From positions 15,533,615 through 15,597,614 of the forward strand of contig CAVNZM010000002.1 of assembly GCA_963693365.1 (NCBI GenBank): 64,000 nt of DNA, read 5' to 3'. Shown one piece after another: positions 13,921 to 28,531 of the stretch. Below the pieces are notes generated by a model. It was not told the DNA's origin. It was given only the letters and a program-made list of their open reading frames with translations, and made no database searches. Origin of the DNA: Amoebidium appalachense. Taxonomy: Eukaryota; Protista; Ichthyosporea. Within the stretch, counting starts at the first letter, position 1; every line of letters starts with the position of its first letter. The translations under genes were made by a program, and so were the position numbers.

Positions 13921-15088
13921 TCCCGGTGCTCGAAAGGGCCCCTTCCCCCCCCTTCGTTTACCAGCCCCCTTCCTTGAGGCCTCTCCCCACACCAGCATCA
14001 CAACCTAATCATCCTCCCATTCTCGAAAACGATTTGGATTTCCCCCTTATCTACTACATACCTGTGCGCCCAGTCTTCCTCTTTTCATATGTAGCCTCTG
14101 TTGCCCGTGGATGTGCACGTGGCAAAATAGTGTGCAAGTATTTGCACACTTCTCTGTCTAACCGTCTCTCTCCCCTTTTTGCTCGTACATTCTGCGTCCA
14201 TCGTCTTCATGTTTTTTTTTTTGGCCCTTTTCCTCTTCCCCCCCCCCTTCCCCCCCCCTCCGCCCCTGCATCCCTCCCTCCCTCCCCGAAAACACACACA
14301 TCACACCACCACCACCACCTCCTCCGCTCACTTCATATTCTCAATACTAAAAATCCACAACCCTGCTTCCAATCACCCCTCTTCTTCTTTAGTGTCCCAG
14401 GAGAACCTACTGGAAGGAAAGACCGCTGGTGGTTTGTGTCCCCCCCCCCCCTCCCCCCCCTTTCCCCCTCCCCCCGCCCACCCGCCCTGCCCCCCCCCCC
14501 CCCCCCCCCCTCCCTTCCTCCCCCCCCCCCCCCCCCTCCCTCCCCCCCCCTCCCCCCCGGGCCCCGCTTCCCCCCAAAGCTCTCTCCGGCCCACTCCCAT
14601 TCATTTTGCAGATAAGACCACGGACTGTTCCCGTACCCCCAAAGCTGTAACAAGTGGTATCACTAGACACTAGACACATGTGCGCGTACATTACCCGACG
14701 CACCCTCGTACGCCGTACACACCACCAACACCAACACACGAGTACATGTGCAAAGCCAGATATTCTCTCTCTCATCCCACACACCCATATACAAAGCCCA
14801 CGTACCCATCCATGTTCGGTACTCCGTTTGTGTCGAACAATTTAGCCATCACCCACCAGTGCATGCATGTGTGAATGTGCTCGGGTTCACAAACACCTGC
14901 ATTGTTGTTGGAAAGCGTGCTTTCTGTGCTGCTTTTTCTGTTCAATGATGTATGGGGACGCGAGGTGGGGGTGCTTTGGAGTTGGGGGGGGGGGGGGGGG
15001 GGGGGGGAGGGATACCATTCTTCCCTTGTTTCGTCCTTCTTCCCCCCCCACTCCCCCCTCTCCCTTCTCATTTTTCCTCACCCCCTCT

Positions 15089-15151
<63 letters not shown>

Positions 15152-15596
15152 GAAGAAGTCGGTATGATCATGGAACCCAAATGTGATCGCTGGGTGTTTT
15201 GAGACTGGCTACTCTTTTTTTTGAACTATTCCACTTGCGTGCTCGTTTCAGTAGCTTAGAGTGGAGCTATGGGTGTGTCTGTCTGGCGTTATTGTTCTGT
15301 GTTTTGCTCTTGTGTGCGTCTCATACATGAGGAACTCGGAACTGCTGGCCCTGCTGTACGAACGTCTTTATGGTCCTACTCCTCCAACCTACCCCTTCCC
15401 CCCCTCCCAAAAACAAAAAAAAAACAAAAAAAAAGGAAAGGAAGAGGAAAAAACGGAAAGAAAGGAAATACGATAAATCACTATCCCTGACATCTCCACC
15501 ACATGGGCACGCACAGCACACTTACGAATCCCCTCTTCCCTTCCCCCCCCCCCCCCCCCCCCCCCTCCCCTCCCCTCCCCTCCCTGTGCACCCACC

Positions 15597-15641
<45 letters not shown>

Positions 15642-15791
15642 GAGCATGTCCACGCCAAACACACACATCCATACAGGCACAGACAAGCACACCCATGCCT
15701 CTCCTTCCGACGAGTTTGCGGACAAAGCCATTGCCCTGCTGGGGCCAATGATGCAGCAGGTGTCCTTTGGAATGGTCATGGGCGGGTGTGC

Positions 15792-15832
<41 letters not shown>

Positions 15833-15838
15833 TGTGTG

Positions 15839-15891
<53 letters not shown>

Positions 15892-15956
15892 GGCGCACGC
15901 ACGCGAGCACGTGTGTATGTGTGCGCGTGCGCGTTTGTAAGTGTTTTTTTTTTTTT

Positions 15957-15988
<32 letters not shown>

Positions 15989-16104
15989 GGGGAGGGAGGG
16001 GGTGAGTGGGCGGGTGGTGCGTGTGAATGTGTTTGTGTGCGTGTGTGCGCGTACATGCGTGTGTTGCGTGTGTGTGTGTGTGTGCGTGTGTGTTTGTGTG
16101 GGCC

Positions 16105-16151
<47 letters not shown>

Positions 16152-16935
16152 GTGAGTGGTGGGTGTGGGTGGGTGAGTGGGTGGCTGCGTATGTTTGTGT
16201 GTGCGTGTGTGTCTGCGTATATGTATTGTGTATGTCTGTGCGTAGTTGAGCGCCTGTATGCGTGTGTGTCGAGGGGAGGTAAAGAGGGGCCGATTTTGTG
16301 CTCATGTACGTGTGCACGTGTGTGTTGATATGTTTGTAATAATATGCCCACGTCTTTATTTGTTTTGCCTGGTATGTTCACACAATGGCACCCATGGCTT
16401 TGTTTGAAGGCAAGCTATGCATTCCCGTCTCTTTACCCTTTCGCACCTGTTTCCTCCGGCCTTGTGTTTATTTGTTTTCAAGTTTGCCAGGAGACACCTT
16501 TTGTGAGGGAGAACTTGGGTTTGAGTGGAGAGACGGCTGTGATTGTGTTTTCTCATCCCCCCCCCCCCCCCCCCCCCCCCCCCACCACCACCACCACCAC
16601 CACCACCACCGCTTTTTTTTTTTTTTTTTTTTGGGGGGGGGGGGGTTGGTGGTGGGGTCGGGATTGGGGTTGCGGCGGGGTGGGGTGGGTGGGTAGGGTA
16701 GGGTTTTGGGGGGCTGGGGGAGGGAGGGAGGGGAGGGGGGGGGGGGGAGGGGGGAGGGGGGAGGGGGAGATTATTTATGGGGGAAGACTATTTATTTACT
16801 GAGGTTGTTTCATATGCAGGGTATGCCATGAAGAAGTTGCTCAAGATGGTGGCGTTTGCCTGTGGCTGTTTCTTCCTGGCCGTCCAGGTAATCTACCCTC
16901 TCCCCCCCCCCCCCCCCCCCCCCCTCCCCACCTCC

Positions 16936-16966
<31 letters not shown>

Positions 16967-18193
16967 ACCCCCCACCCCCCACCCCCTCTCCAAACTCACA
17001 TTGCAAGCCACGTGCTGCACCCACCCAAAAAGCCTTCGACCGATTTGCCCACCCATTTACCCATCTGCCCAACTTGATACGGTGCACAAGCATACATGCG
17101 CCGCATGCTCTAGCCCCCCCCCCCCCCCCCCCCCCCCCCCCGCCCTCCGTGCGCATATGCACAGCACACGCACACACACACGCGCACATACACACACACA
17201 CACATACACACACACACAAGCAAACACACACAATGGCGCACATGTCCCCCCTCCCCCCCCTCCCCCCACGCGATGGGCTCATGATAATGCATTTTGCATG
17301 TAGTTTTTCTTTGGTAGGATCCGTATTGTGTTTTCCGTCGTGAATGTCTACTTTATACTCTAACACATTCTAACCCTCCGCCCCTCCATTTATCCCCCCC
17401 CCCCCCCCTCCCTCTCTCTCTCTCTCCCCCCCCCCCCCCCCCCCCCCCCCTCGCGGGTCACTTTTTTCTTACCATTATGTGCTAGGGCCTGTCGTACCAT
17501 GGCTACGTCGAGGTCAAGTGGGCCAAGATCCAGGGCCAGATACAGGCCAAGATGGATCTCAACAAGGATGGCAAGGTCGATAGGGAAGACATCAGGCACC
17601 TGTTGAGTATGTGCATGCTTGTTTTGTGTGTGTGCGGGGGGGGGGTTAGTTATGGGTCTGTGGAGAAATACGGGGGGAGGGGGGGGGGGGAGGAGGGAGG
17701 TGGGGGGGCTCTGGTCGATGGGGCGGGGGCAGGGCGTGGGGGGTTGGGGGGTGAAAGGGGGGGGGGGGGGGGGGGGGGGTTGGATGAGCCATTGGGGGGG
17801 GGGGGGGGGGGGGGGATTCCGAAAACAATGAAAAGAAAGGATATGATTGTGATCGGCAATCTAGGATCTGCAAATGGGTGTTCCAATGACTTTCTTTGCC
17901 TTTCTTTTCTCCCCTGTTCCCCCCGCTTGTTCCTGGCCAGGAAGAGAGTTTTTTTTACGAGCTTAAAGGTTTAATCTTACTCTGACAATAGTCTCTTTCA
18001 CTTTGCTCCCGCCCAAATATGGCTTGTACTGTCACTGCCTCGCCTGTTAAGGTATGCAGTGTGTGTTTTGATTGGCCAGTTTGAATCTGATAACACACTT
18101 CATGCAGAGAACTTCTTCGAGCTGGCCACATATGGTCTTCCTTCCAGCGCGGGGTTTGCTGGCGGCTTCTATCTGGGGTTTGGCTGGGCATAG
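10385..18193 (+). CDS. FUN14-domain (FUNDC-like) mitochondrial protein, 9 exons: 10385-10502, 12390-12471, 13589-13653, 14393-14431, 14612-14656, 15677-15793, 16820-16887, 17486-17606, 18108-18193
   Basis: All introns GT-AG and phase-compatible. C-terminal exons give [47 protein letters not shown]...[15 protein letters not shown], a FUN14 signature. The first five exons are less certain than the last four. Confidence 0.85.
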
Positions 18194-18758
18194 ACATGGA
18201 TGCAATTAACACGTAACGCAGCGAAGTAGTTAAGTAAACACAGCATATATGAATTGATTACTGAGTTACATGTAATCAACTGACTAATTAGTGTTGCACC
18301 CCGTGCATGTACACTACGGTAAGGAGACTAAACAGATGTGTCTTTTCAAGTAATTTGTCATCATAAATGTTTGTGATAGCAACAAAGGGGTGTTTTTTGG
18401 GGTGGTGGTGGTGGTGGTAGTGTTGGGGGGGGGGGGGGGGGAGGGGGGGGGGGGGGGGGACTGTGTTCGTGGTGCATAATGCGTGTAAGTCTCTAACCTG
18501 ACAAACACATAGTAATTCTTTCCAAAAGCAATATGTTGTAATATATGAAGACATGTCATGCATTAGCACAAAACCACACCCACAGAACAGGGACATTAAG
18601 CTTGTTGAGCAACAACCCATGTGGAGGATCATTGTGCATATGTACACACCATAGAATGATGGCAGACGTGCCGTTTTACACACACACACACACGCACACT
18701 GTAGCACACACACACACACGAAGCGCACGCACAAACATGAACATACACGCGCGCGCGC

Positions 18759-18866
<108 letters not shown>

Positions 18867-18912
18867 GATATACAAGCGTCCACGCGAACCAGTTTACCTG
18901 CAGGCACGCACG

Positions 18913-18987
<75 letters not shown>

Positions 18988-19156
18988 ACACACATGGTCC
19001 TAAAGTGTGCTGGATGCCTTCCCCAGTAGATCTATGAGCTGTTTGCTAACTTCATGGTCCAGGAAATAAATACAGGAAAGCCGGCAAATCTGATTACTGT
19101 GATCCATGTTGGCTGTTCAACCTAGTGTTACAATTATGCACACACGCGTGCGCGCG

Positions 19157-19197
<41 letters not shown>

Positions 19198-19689
19198 GGC
19201 ACGCCCGCGCACGCACAAGCATACACACAAAAATAGTTATTTGCTGCACTCAATTTGTAGTCGTTTCTTACGCACGTGTGCATGCACACATACGCAAAGC
19301 GATACCCATCTCTCCTCCCTATTTGCCCATTGCCGCTCGATCGATCTGTTCCCATTGCAAACTTTCATAATTAGAAGGTTCCCTTTAAGCTGAAATAACG
19401 GAAGTCACCATTCTTCGGATCAGAAGATGATTATAATGGTCTTTAATGACACATCTTTTACACCTTATTCTTAGGGATCGGATTATTAATTCGTACTTTG
19501 CGGGACGGGCCGAGATTCTCGTGTAATTGCAATCAGTGACTTGATATACATATACGCACACCATCACGAGGTCTAACTGCTTGTGTTCCTCGCACACACA
19601 AAAAAATGGATTTCAGGCAATTCCTGACCTATAACCACCACATAAATCATAGTATGGCGAATTTCTGGTTCAGAGCATCAACAGCTTGT

Positions 19690-19975
19690 TTAGAGCATCA
19701 ACAGGGGCGCCACTGCAGCAGCCAATGCAGCCACCATGCAGGGCATGGGGGTCAGCCCGCTGGCGGCACTGAACATGAAGGACGTTTGGAGGCCTAAGCG
19801 GATACATTGGCCATACTTGGCTTCCACTCCAAGCTCGGCCCATTCGGCCTTGACATCACTCTGCACGTAAATGTATTTTCCAATGAGAGTCATGAAGGAG
19901 AAGAAGGAGAAGAGGTAGGTGGGTGGCGGGGAGAAGGCCTGGTGATCACTGAGAGAGGGGAGCCGGGGGGCCGCA

Positions 19976-20018
<43 letters not shown>

Positions 20019-21000
20019 CTGACTAGACGGCGTAAAGCCCAGTGTTACGTATTTCGTTCACCTAAAAAGACGTTACGAGGGGGCCAGGCCTACGTATTAT
20101 GAAACACATCATGGATATCTAGATGCGTTTTTTATTTTATATTTTATCCCGTTTTGTTCCCGGAGGTACCCCTAGGGGCCCTCAGGGGGAACTACCGTCT
20201 TCCCCCCAGCACCGACAGTACTCTAGCTTGGGTGGTACAATGCTATTAGCTAAAACTAACACACCTATAACAGTCCTAACTATATGTACACACTTTGCCC
20301 AGGGTATCATATCTAGATGTGTGATATGTTGACATACCTATGTATGCCTGAGAACAACAAATGGCCGTCACCGTGGACACCGTCACCGTGACGGGGATAT
20401 TATATATTATGAAATCACTGCATATTCCTACTTTTTTTGTTGTTTTAATATGCATGCAAGGGCTTCAACTCGTCGGACCGAAAATCCCAAATTGATCATG
20501 AACCACCATGAAGATGAGAACGTGAGCAATGATTAAAACTGTCAGTATGCATATATAAACCAAACAAAAAAGTAGGAATATGGCTATTTTGTTAACGATT
20601 TAACATATAACATTAAATACAACACAGACCTCCACACAAAACACACCGAGGCCGGGCAGCCAAACAATGCGAAGTCATAGCTATAACCTAGCTCTAGATC
20701 TGTTCTGAATTTTCGTTCATGACACCGAGTTTCAATATTATGAAACATACCGTACATGGCCTTGGGGCACGATGGACCTGAGCAATTTTCGCTATCACTG
20801 CAAATGTACACGGCCATGCCGTGTGCTTTTGCTGATGTTCCTCCAGTAGCCATACAATGGCCTTCATCCACGGTCATTTTCGATCCTGTGCTGCAGTCCC
20901 TGCTTCCACACCACATGACCAACGCACAATCTGCCGGCCAGGCTGCCAGAGTGAGGGCTATTGCCACCAAGAGGAGACGAATTCGAAGAAAGGAGGCCAT
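19690..21000 (-). CDS. Small secreted Cys-rich, putatively GPI-anchored protein, paralog 1 (exons 21000-~20761 and 19860-19690)
   Basis: Signal peptide MASFLRIRLLLVAIALTLAAW, Cys pattern shared with paralog 2, C-terminal MFSAA followed by a hydrophobic tail. Donor site uncertain. Confidence 0.7.
20421..20582. mobile_element. MITE-like element with about 35-bp imperfect terminal inverted repeats, in the paralog 1 intron
   Basis: catattcctactttttttgttgttttaatatgcat ... atgcatatataaaccaaacaaaaaagtaggaatatg. No target-site duplication identified. Confidence 0.45.
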
Positions 21001-22056
21001 TTTGTGATTCTTCCTATGAGTTAACGTTGGGTGAGCGATTAGCAGGATTATTAATGATTGTATATACCGGGTATAGTAATAACCCATGCGCGTTATAGCC
21101 GAGGCCGTGGTGTCATGAATCATATGAACGGTGCCCGGACGTTCATTAGTTCAATGGGAAACCCTAATTAAACTCCCTACACCACAGCAACAAGACGTGC
21201 ACACGCGCACACACTTCTATGCATGCACAAAGCACTAAGAAACAATAATAACTTTTCTTCAGCATGCGCAGCACGAACTTGCTGCTACACGCCAGCTTGA
21301 TGCCTTAATTAGCCACGCACGTGCACGATACATAGCAAGAGCTAGCAGGGACGGTATACTATGACACAACGACACTCACAAGCACAAGCAAATACACGTG
21401 CACATGTACACGTACATGCGCGCACACAGAGATAATCAGTCCAACCATTACATGCCCGTTGTCCTATTGTTAGACCAAGATATGACATTCCATATTATTT
21501 GACCCTGGGTCACCCCCGGCTAGGTGTTGGTTGAATTGAGTTTGCTCAATCCCCACTAGCGTGACTGCGGCAACCCCGTGGGCTGAGAATTGCCAGAATA
21601 TGTAGTGACAGTCGGGATTACATATCCTGACTTATAGTTGCAATATGTAGAGAGTACATTCGTGTGTCTACTGTGGAAGGTGTTAGCTCCCCTTAGGCAG
21701 TGCCTCCGGGAGTGAAACGGGATAAAAAAAATAAAATGTAGAGCATATAAAATACAGGCGGCAAAAAGTATTATAGTATCTCTACCAAAGGAGACTGCGG
21801 CCCTGTTATGTGCCCATAACATGCTTCCGGTGAGCCCCTTAGAGTCTTTTTGTGTCTTTTTTTGTGTGTTTGCTTGCACAATTGACTAACTTCATGTCAT
21901 AGATTGGGTACCATCACTCTCGTGCACATTGAGAGCTGCGCCAATATCTCAGGGGCTCACGGGAAGTGTGTTATGGGCACATTAAAGTGTCGAGCCACAC
22001 AATTGCATGCATACGCACACCCGCGCACACACACACACACACAACACACAACACAC

Positions 22057-22283
<227 letters not shown>

Positions 22284-22288
22284 CTTTC

Positions 22289-22326
<38 letters not shown>

Positions 22327-22724
22327 GTGCGCACGCACACACACAGACACACACAAACCCACCTAAAGTTTACAAAAACATTGTCTTTAGGTCGGGGCAC
22401 ATGTACACACTTATGGTCCGCTTGGTACTCATATGTACGCGTCCCGCGCGCATGCCTTTGTCAGAAGGCTATTATTGGTTGTATGGTCGTATTCAGCACC
22501 GTAGTCCCTGGGTGGAACCGACATCATACACATGCATAACTCACGGAAACTGAACATAATTTTTACTATGTTGAAAAAAAAAAAAAAAGAAAAAAAGGAA
22601 AAAGAACGAGGCAGCATGTGTTTGTTAGCGGCCAGCTGCAGAGAACACTATAATTGTAGGTAACTAAGTCCGGAATTCATTTCGATGAAACTTTACCTTT
22701 TTTTGACAATTGAAACACATTCGC

Positions 22725-23046
22725 CTAGAGCATCCACAGGGCCGTGACTGCAGCAGCCACTGCAGCCACCATCCAGGGCATGGGGGCCAGCCCTGTGGCG
22801 GCACTGAACATGATAGACTTTCCTGCGGCATAATAGGGAAAGCATTTGCCGGACTTGATTTCCACTCCGAGCTGCGCGGCCAAGGCCTTCAAATCGAACT
22901 GCGCGTGCAATGAGATCCAATTAGTCCTCGGAAGAAGTAGGGCCGGGGCCCCCGGGAATGGGGGGTGGATCCATGGAAGTGGGGAGGGGGGGCCGGCTGG
23001 GGACTTGGAAGGAGGATGGGGGATGGAGGGGGGGGGCGGGTGGGTA

Positions 23047-23095
<49 letters not shown>

Positions 23096-23260
23096 GGCCA
23101 ACACATCCGATCGCGATGGCATGAGTATTATTATCGTGCAACCGTTCCATTGAACTTCCAAGATAACGAGTAGCTGGGCGGGTATGCAAATGAGGGGTGT
23201 GCAAGCACAACAAATTTGCGAGCGCAAACACACACGCACACACGCACACACACACGCACA

Positions 23261-23291
<31 letters not shown>

Positions 23292-23676
23292 CACAGCTGT
23301 CTCACGTCGAGCTCTAGGGCAGGATCTCGGAGCTGTATACTGGACAATGCTATCCAGAAAACTTGAATATGCAGTACTGTTTAATTAAATATAATTTCAA
23401 TCTACCAACCCATGGTTAGTCTGTGAGCGGGTTGACATATACCTCCTTGCAACTGGAGCCCGAGCAGTTTGCATCTTCTGGGCAGATGTAAAATGTCAAG
23501 CCACTAAGTTTCATCGAACCGCCATCTTCAGACACACACTGGCCATCCTCCAAGGTAGACTTCTTGCCCGTGCTGCAGTCCGTGCTCTCCGCCCACATGA
23601 CCAACGACCCGGTCGCAGAGCAAGCAGCAAGAATGAGGGCAAATGCCACCAAAAACAGGCGAAGGGCGGAGGCCAT
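22725..23676 (-). CDS. Small secreted Cys-rich, putatively GPI-anchored protein, paralog 2 (exons 23676-23443 and 22898-22725; 135 aa)
   Basis: Phase-0 GT-AG intron joins ...CSGSSCKE|FDLKALAAQLGVEIKSGKC...MFSAATGLAPMPWMVAAVAAAVTALWML*. Both exons align to paralog 1. Confidence 0.8.
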
Positions 23677-24780
23677 TTTTCTCGTTCCTCTTTTATCTGT
23701 GTGGTTTAGTGCGTAGTTAGGGTGTATAATGGTACCCTGTGTATGTTGTAGTCGAGGGAGTGCAGAAGGTTGGGCGGGAGGTGCATCCTTTTATCAGGCT
23801 GAGTTTTGACAGTGACCTCTTCACCTGGACGGTGATTGGATGCGCTGTAAACCAATCAGCACGCCAGATTTATCATGACACGGCAGGGGTTGAAATAAGG
23901 TGTTGGGGCGTGTAGCGCTATGAGGCAAAGTAATATCCCCACATAACAGGTGCATATGTTCCTATTTTTTCCCTTTCCCTCCTTTTATTTTCCCCTCCAT
24001 AGAAAATTAGGTTTTTTTGGCGGGGGTGCTGGAAAGGTGTTCGGATGGTTGTTTAACGGTTTGAAAAGGCTGATCGGGTCCAAATTTGCAAAAAATACGA
24101 AGCCCTGGGTTTGGAAACAGCGGGGCGGTGGTGAGCTGTGAAATGAGCTCTTCTTCACGGAGAAGTGTCCCTCAACTTACAAATAATGGGGTTCTGCTGA
24201 AGTCTGGGATGATAGCCCCACACATATATGTGTACAACTATATTGTGTTTGAGTTATTACGGGTAACGCTCCCAGGCCACGCGTCTGGCAACCAGTTCCT
24301 TTTCGAGAGGGCTCGCGGTATGTACCTAATCCGGGAAATTTCGCGCCAGCAGTATATGATCATGATGAGCCACTCAGTGGCAGTCACAAATTGGCGCCTA
24401 CAATTGTGCTGCAAAAAGCACTTGTCCCCTTTGGTCCTGACGACCTTCGGCTATGGTGTGCGCGTCAAGCCTACTATGTGTATTATTCTCTTTGCCTCGA
24501 GCAAACAGCGTAAACCCCATATAACATGCATGTGCCAAACAAGAACTTTCAAGAGAGAGAGAGAGGCTCAGTTCAAGGTGCGCTGTTTTGGCCCTCGGCC
24601 TCGGGACCCGGCGTTGCCGCGTAGGATCGACGATATGAAACTCGATGGCTGTGCCGTCATTATATTACATACTATATCATCAGGTCTTCCCTTGCTCCTT
24701 GCGCCTCTTCGTTTTCTTCCATGCCGTGGATCACACACACACGCACACGCACACGCACACACGCACACACACGCACACAT

Positions 24781-24811
<31 letters not shown>

Positions 24812-24858
24812 CACACGCACTTGCACGCACACGCACACATGCACACGCGCACACACGC

Positions 24859-25001
<143 letters not shown>

Positions 25002-25591
25002 CACGCGCGTATGCACCCTGGCCATGGTACACACACAACTGTATTTCTGTAATGGACGGCGGCGCCGGCCGCAGCCACTGGGCGACGACACCTGCAGCTG
25101 TTAGTGAGTGTAGAAATAGAACAGGGGGATGTCGATTGTCAAAATCATAACATGGAAAAGAAATGGCAGTAGTAAAGTTGACGATGGTTCCTACTTTTTC
25201 ATTGTCAGTTTCTTTTTTCTTTGTTTGGAAGAGAGGGAGGAGGGAGGGGGGGGGGGGGGGGGGGGGGGGGGGTTTGAGGATGTCTAAGTGGATTTCGAAG
25301 GCAATTTTCCTCAGAACCCCAGAGGGAGGAAGATGATTATTCAAGATGTAACTTACCGGAGGAGACACCTAAATCGCCGAGCATCTGATGATGTAGTACA
25401 TGTTGATCACCCGTAACGGTTAAACGTGCATTTGATCGATCAGTACATACATATTGATTAGTGATTACATGGAGCCTAGCCTACTAAGGGGAGGGGCGGG
25501 GCGGAGGGGGGGGGGGGGGGGGGGGGGGATTCGGTGGGGACATTATGCAGATCAATGTAGTAATGCTACTAATTTAAAAATGACGATTGGA

Positions 25592-25627
<36 letters not shown>

Positions 25628-25696
25628 AGCCGAGAGGGTGAGAGAGAGAGAGAGAGACGTTGGGTGGGTGGGAGGGAGGAAGGTCGCTGGGGGGTG

Positions 25697-25785
<89 letters not shown>

Positions 25786-25802
25786 AGAGGGGGAGAGGGA
25801 GA

Positions 25803-25891
<89 letters not shown>

Positions 25892-26068
25892 AGAGGGAGG
25901 GAGGTAGGGAGGGCGAGAGATACAGAGGGAGAGAAGGGGGGAGGGGAGAAGGGGGGAAGAGAGAGAGGGAGGGAGGGAGGGAGGGTGAGAGGTAGAGAGG
26001 GACTCCGAGAGTGGGAGAGAGACAGAGAGAGAGGGGGGGGGGATGGGGAAGAATGAGAAAGAGAGAGA

Positions 26069-26101
<33 letters not shown>

Positions 26102-26131
26102 GAGAGCGAAGGAGAGGAGAGGAGAAGGAAG

Positions 26132-26189
<58 letters not shown>

Positions 26190-26642
26190 AGAGAGAAGGA
26201 GATCATTCCCCCAACCCCCCTTCTCTAATTTCGTGGAACACGGGCGCAGCACCTAGTAATGTGGCACTGCCCAAAATAACTATCCCTAAAGTTGAGTGCA
26301 TGTGACTTGCTACTGGAAAAATAGTAGACGTAAATGTATACACGGTATGGGGTGGGTCTGGAAGGGGGGTGGGGGTTGGTTTTTAAAAAAAAGAGTGGTG
26401 GGTGGGTTGTGTGGGGGGAGGGGGGGGGGGGGGAGGGGGGGGGGGCTACGAAGGGTGGTACATAGTCGAAATTGGATTAGAGAGAGGCAGGAAGAAGACT
26501 GAGAGTGAGTGTATTTTTGGGCGCGACATTTGGCTCCATAGGCAGGGGAGATGCGCGGAGGGATAGGGGAGGGAGGAGAGGACAGGAGGAGGGCACGATG
26601 TCAGCTTGGAGAGGAATAAATGCCGGGGTTACCCTTTCATCA

Positions 26643-26835
26643 GTGCAATTATTCTGCAAAAGCAGAATCAATCTGGTAAAAGCAGAGTTATTCTGCAAAA
26701 TCAGAATCAATCTGCTAAAAGCACAATCACCCTGCAAACAGCACAATCAATCTGCCAAAAGCAGAATCAATCTGCTAAAAGCAGAATCATTCTGCAAAAA
26801 GCAGAACGATTCTGCTAACAGCAGAATTATTCTGG
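26643..26835. repeat. Tandem array of about 10 palindromic 19-20 bp units (GCAGA-N5-TCTGC plus A-rich linker)
   Basis: Example: gcagaatcaatctgctaaaa gcagaatcattctgcaaaaa gcagaacgattctgctaaca. Confidence 0.9.
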
Positions 26836-27152
26836 GTCTGTTCGGGGTCATGCTGCTGATCGTCTACAACGCCGTCTTCCTCCTGTGCCTCAACATCCAT
26901 CGCTGGAATCGCCCCGCACCCCCGGCACCTCCTGCACATGCGGTCAAGGAACCAAATCTAGAGCCGGTTGCAACTCTGTGTGTGGAAAAGGCATCGACGT
27001 CCAAGGGGCTGTATAGAGCCGAGGCTGTACCGATGAGTGGTGCGGTGTATGATGTGAGTGGTGTGTCGGCACCATCAACAGTGGATATGCTGCCTGGCCA
27101 AGGAGAGATCTCGACAACCCCCGGGCATACGGCGCACAGCAGCATGGCTTAG
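26836..27152 (+). pseudogene. Probable terminal exon or relic of a membrane-protein gene
   Basis: Coding-like segment LFGVMLLIVYNAVFLLCLNIHRW...HSSMA* with a transmembrane-like stretch, starting right at the palindrome array. Upstream exons could not be assembled. Confidence 0.4.
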
Positions 27153-27221
27153 ACAGTTGCTTCATTATTAATCATGATGATACTATCAGTAACTTGCAAG
27201 GATAACAAGTTGTGCCAGTGC

Positions 27222-27359
<138 letters not shown>

Positions 27360-28362
27360 TTGTATTTTTATTCACAGCTCGGATTTGATTTATGTGCCGT
27401 TAGATTTGCTACGCCAGTGAATATTACACATAGCTCAGACTCTACGGCCCAGTAATGATACAGGTTGGTTGCCAGCTAGATGGGTAACTTTTTTTTTTTT
27501 GTGCTTTGAATACAATACGTGCTAATGCTTGCAACTTCGCTTTGATTAAAACAATGTTGACAATGTCGAGGTTTGCACCTTTTGATACAGTGCAAGTCGT
27601 ACTTCTTCGCTTTTTACCCAGGTATGCGTTCTAAGTTACTTACGGTACGTACACTTAAAATGTCGAGCCTTTAGCTAAGTTATACGGCCCCGAACAGACT
27701 TCACGAGTTCCTTGGATATACAGATCGATGACTCCATGATCAAACTGCTATAGCGCATATGATGGCAGCAACACTGATCATCTTGTCTAATTTGACATTC
27801 ACCTCAGTGTGCCTCCCCCCTCCCCCCCCCCCCCCCCCCCCCTCCCCCCCTCCCCCCGGCCCGGGCCCCCTCGGGCAGGCTTCCAGTACCCAGGAAGCTC
27901 CTGCATGTCTTCCCTCCTTGCCCGCTTTCAATAGTCGGGCCCCCTACAAAAGGAAAAAGTGACACAAAAGAAAAGAAATCTGTACGTTTGGCAAACCCTG
28001 CAAGGCATCAATCTACAGTATATCATCGAATATATACACGTACACGATGTACACACATGCCCCCATTGTTGCAACGCGTACGGGGCACCCACGAGTACCC
28101 GCATTCACGCGTGATTACGATACATACGTTTAATCAACACTTCGTGCACACAAAAAACCTGGGGAATTATTAAACAAGCCTTGTTATTCTTAGACTAGTG
28201 CACTTCAAGCAGGCTGCCTTGCACATCCAGCCACACTGGTGGTCTTACTCGGTTTTATATCCAAGCACCTAAAGATGTAAACCTATGATTAATGGATTAA
28301 CTGTGTATACCCATACACCTGTGGTTTAAAAGCGTGTGTGACAATTTTTCCTGGCACAGAGC

Positions 28363-28396
<34 letters not shown>

Positions 28397-28397
28397 G

Positions 28398-28435
<38 letters not shown>

Positions 28436-28458
28436 CTCTCTCTTTTTTTTTCCTCCCC

Positions 28459-28531
<73 letters not shown>

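Noticed and set aside
26643-26835. CRISPR-like array
   Set aside because: Palindromic units are contiguous with no unique spacers, there are no cas genes, and the context is eukaryotic.
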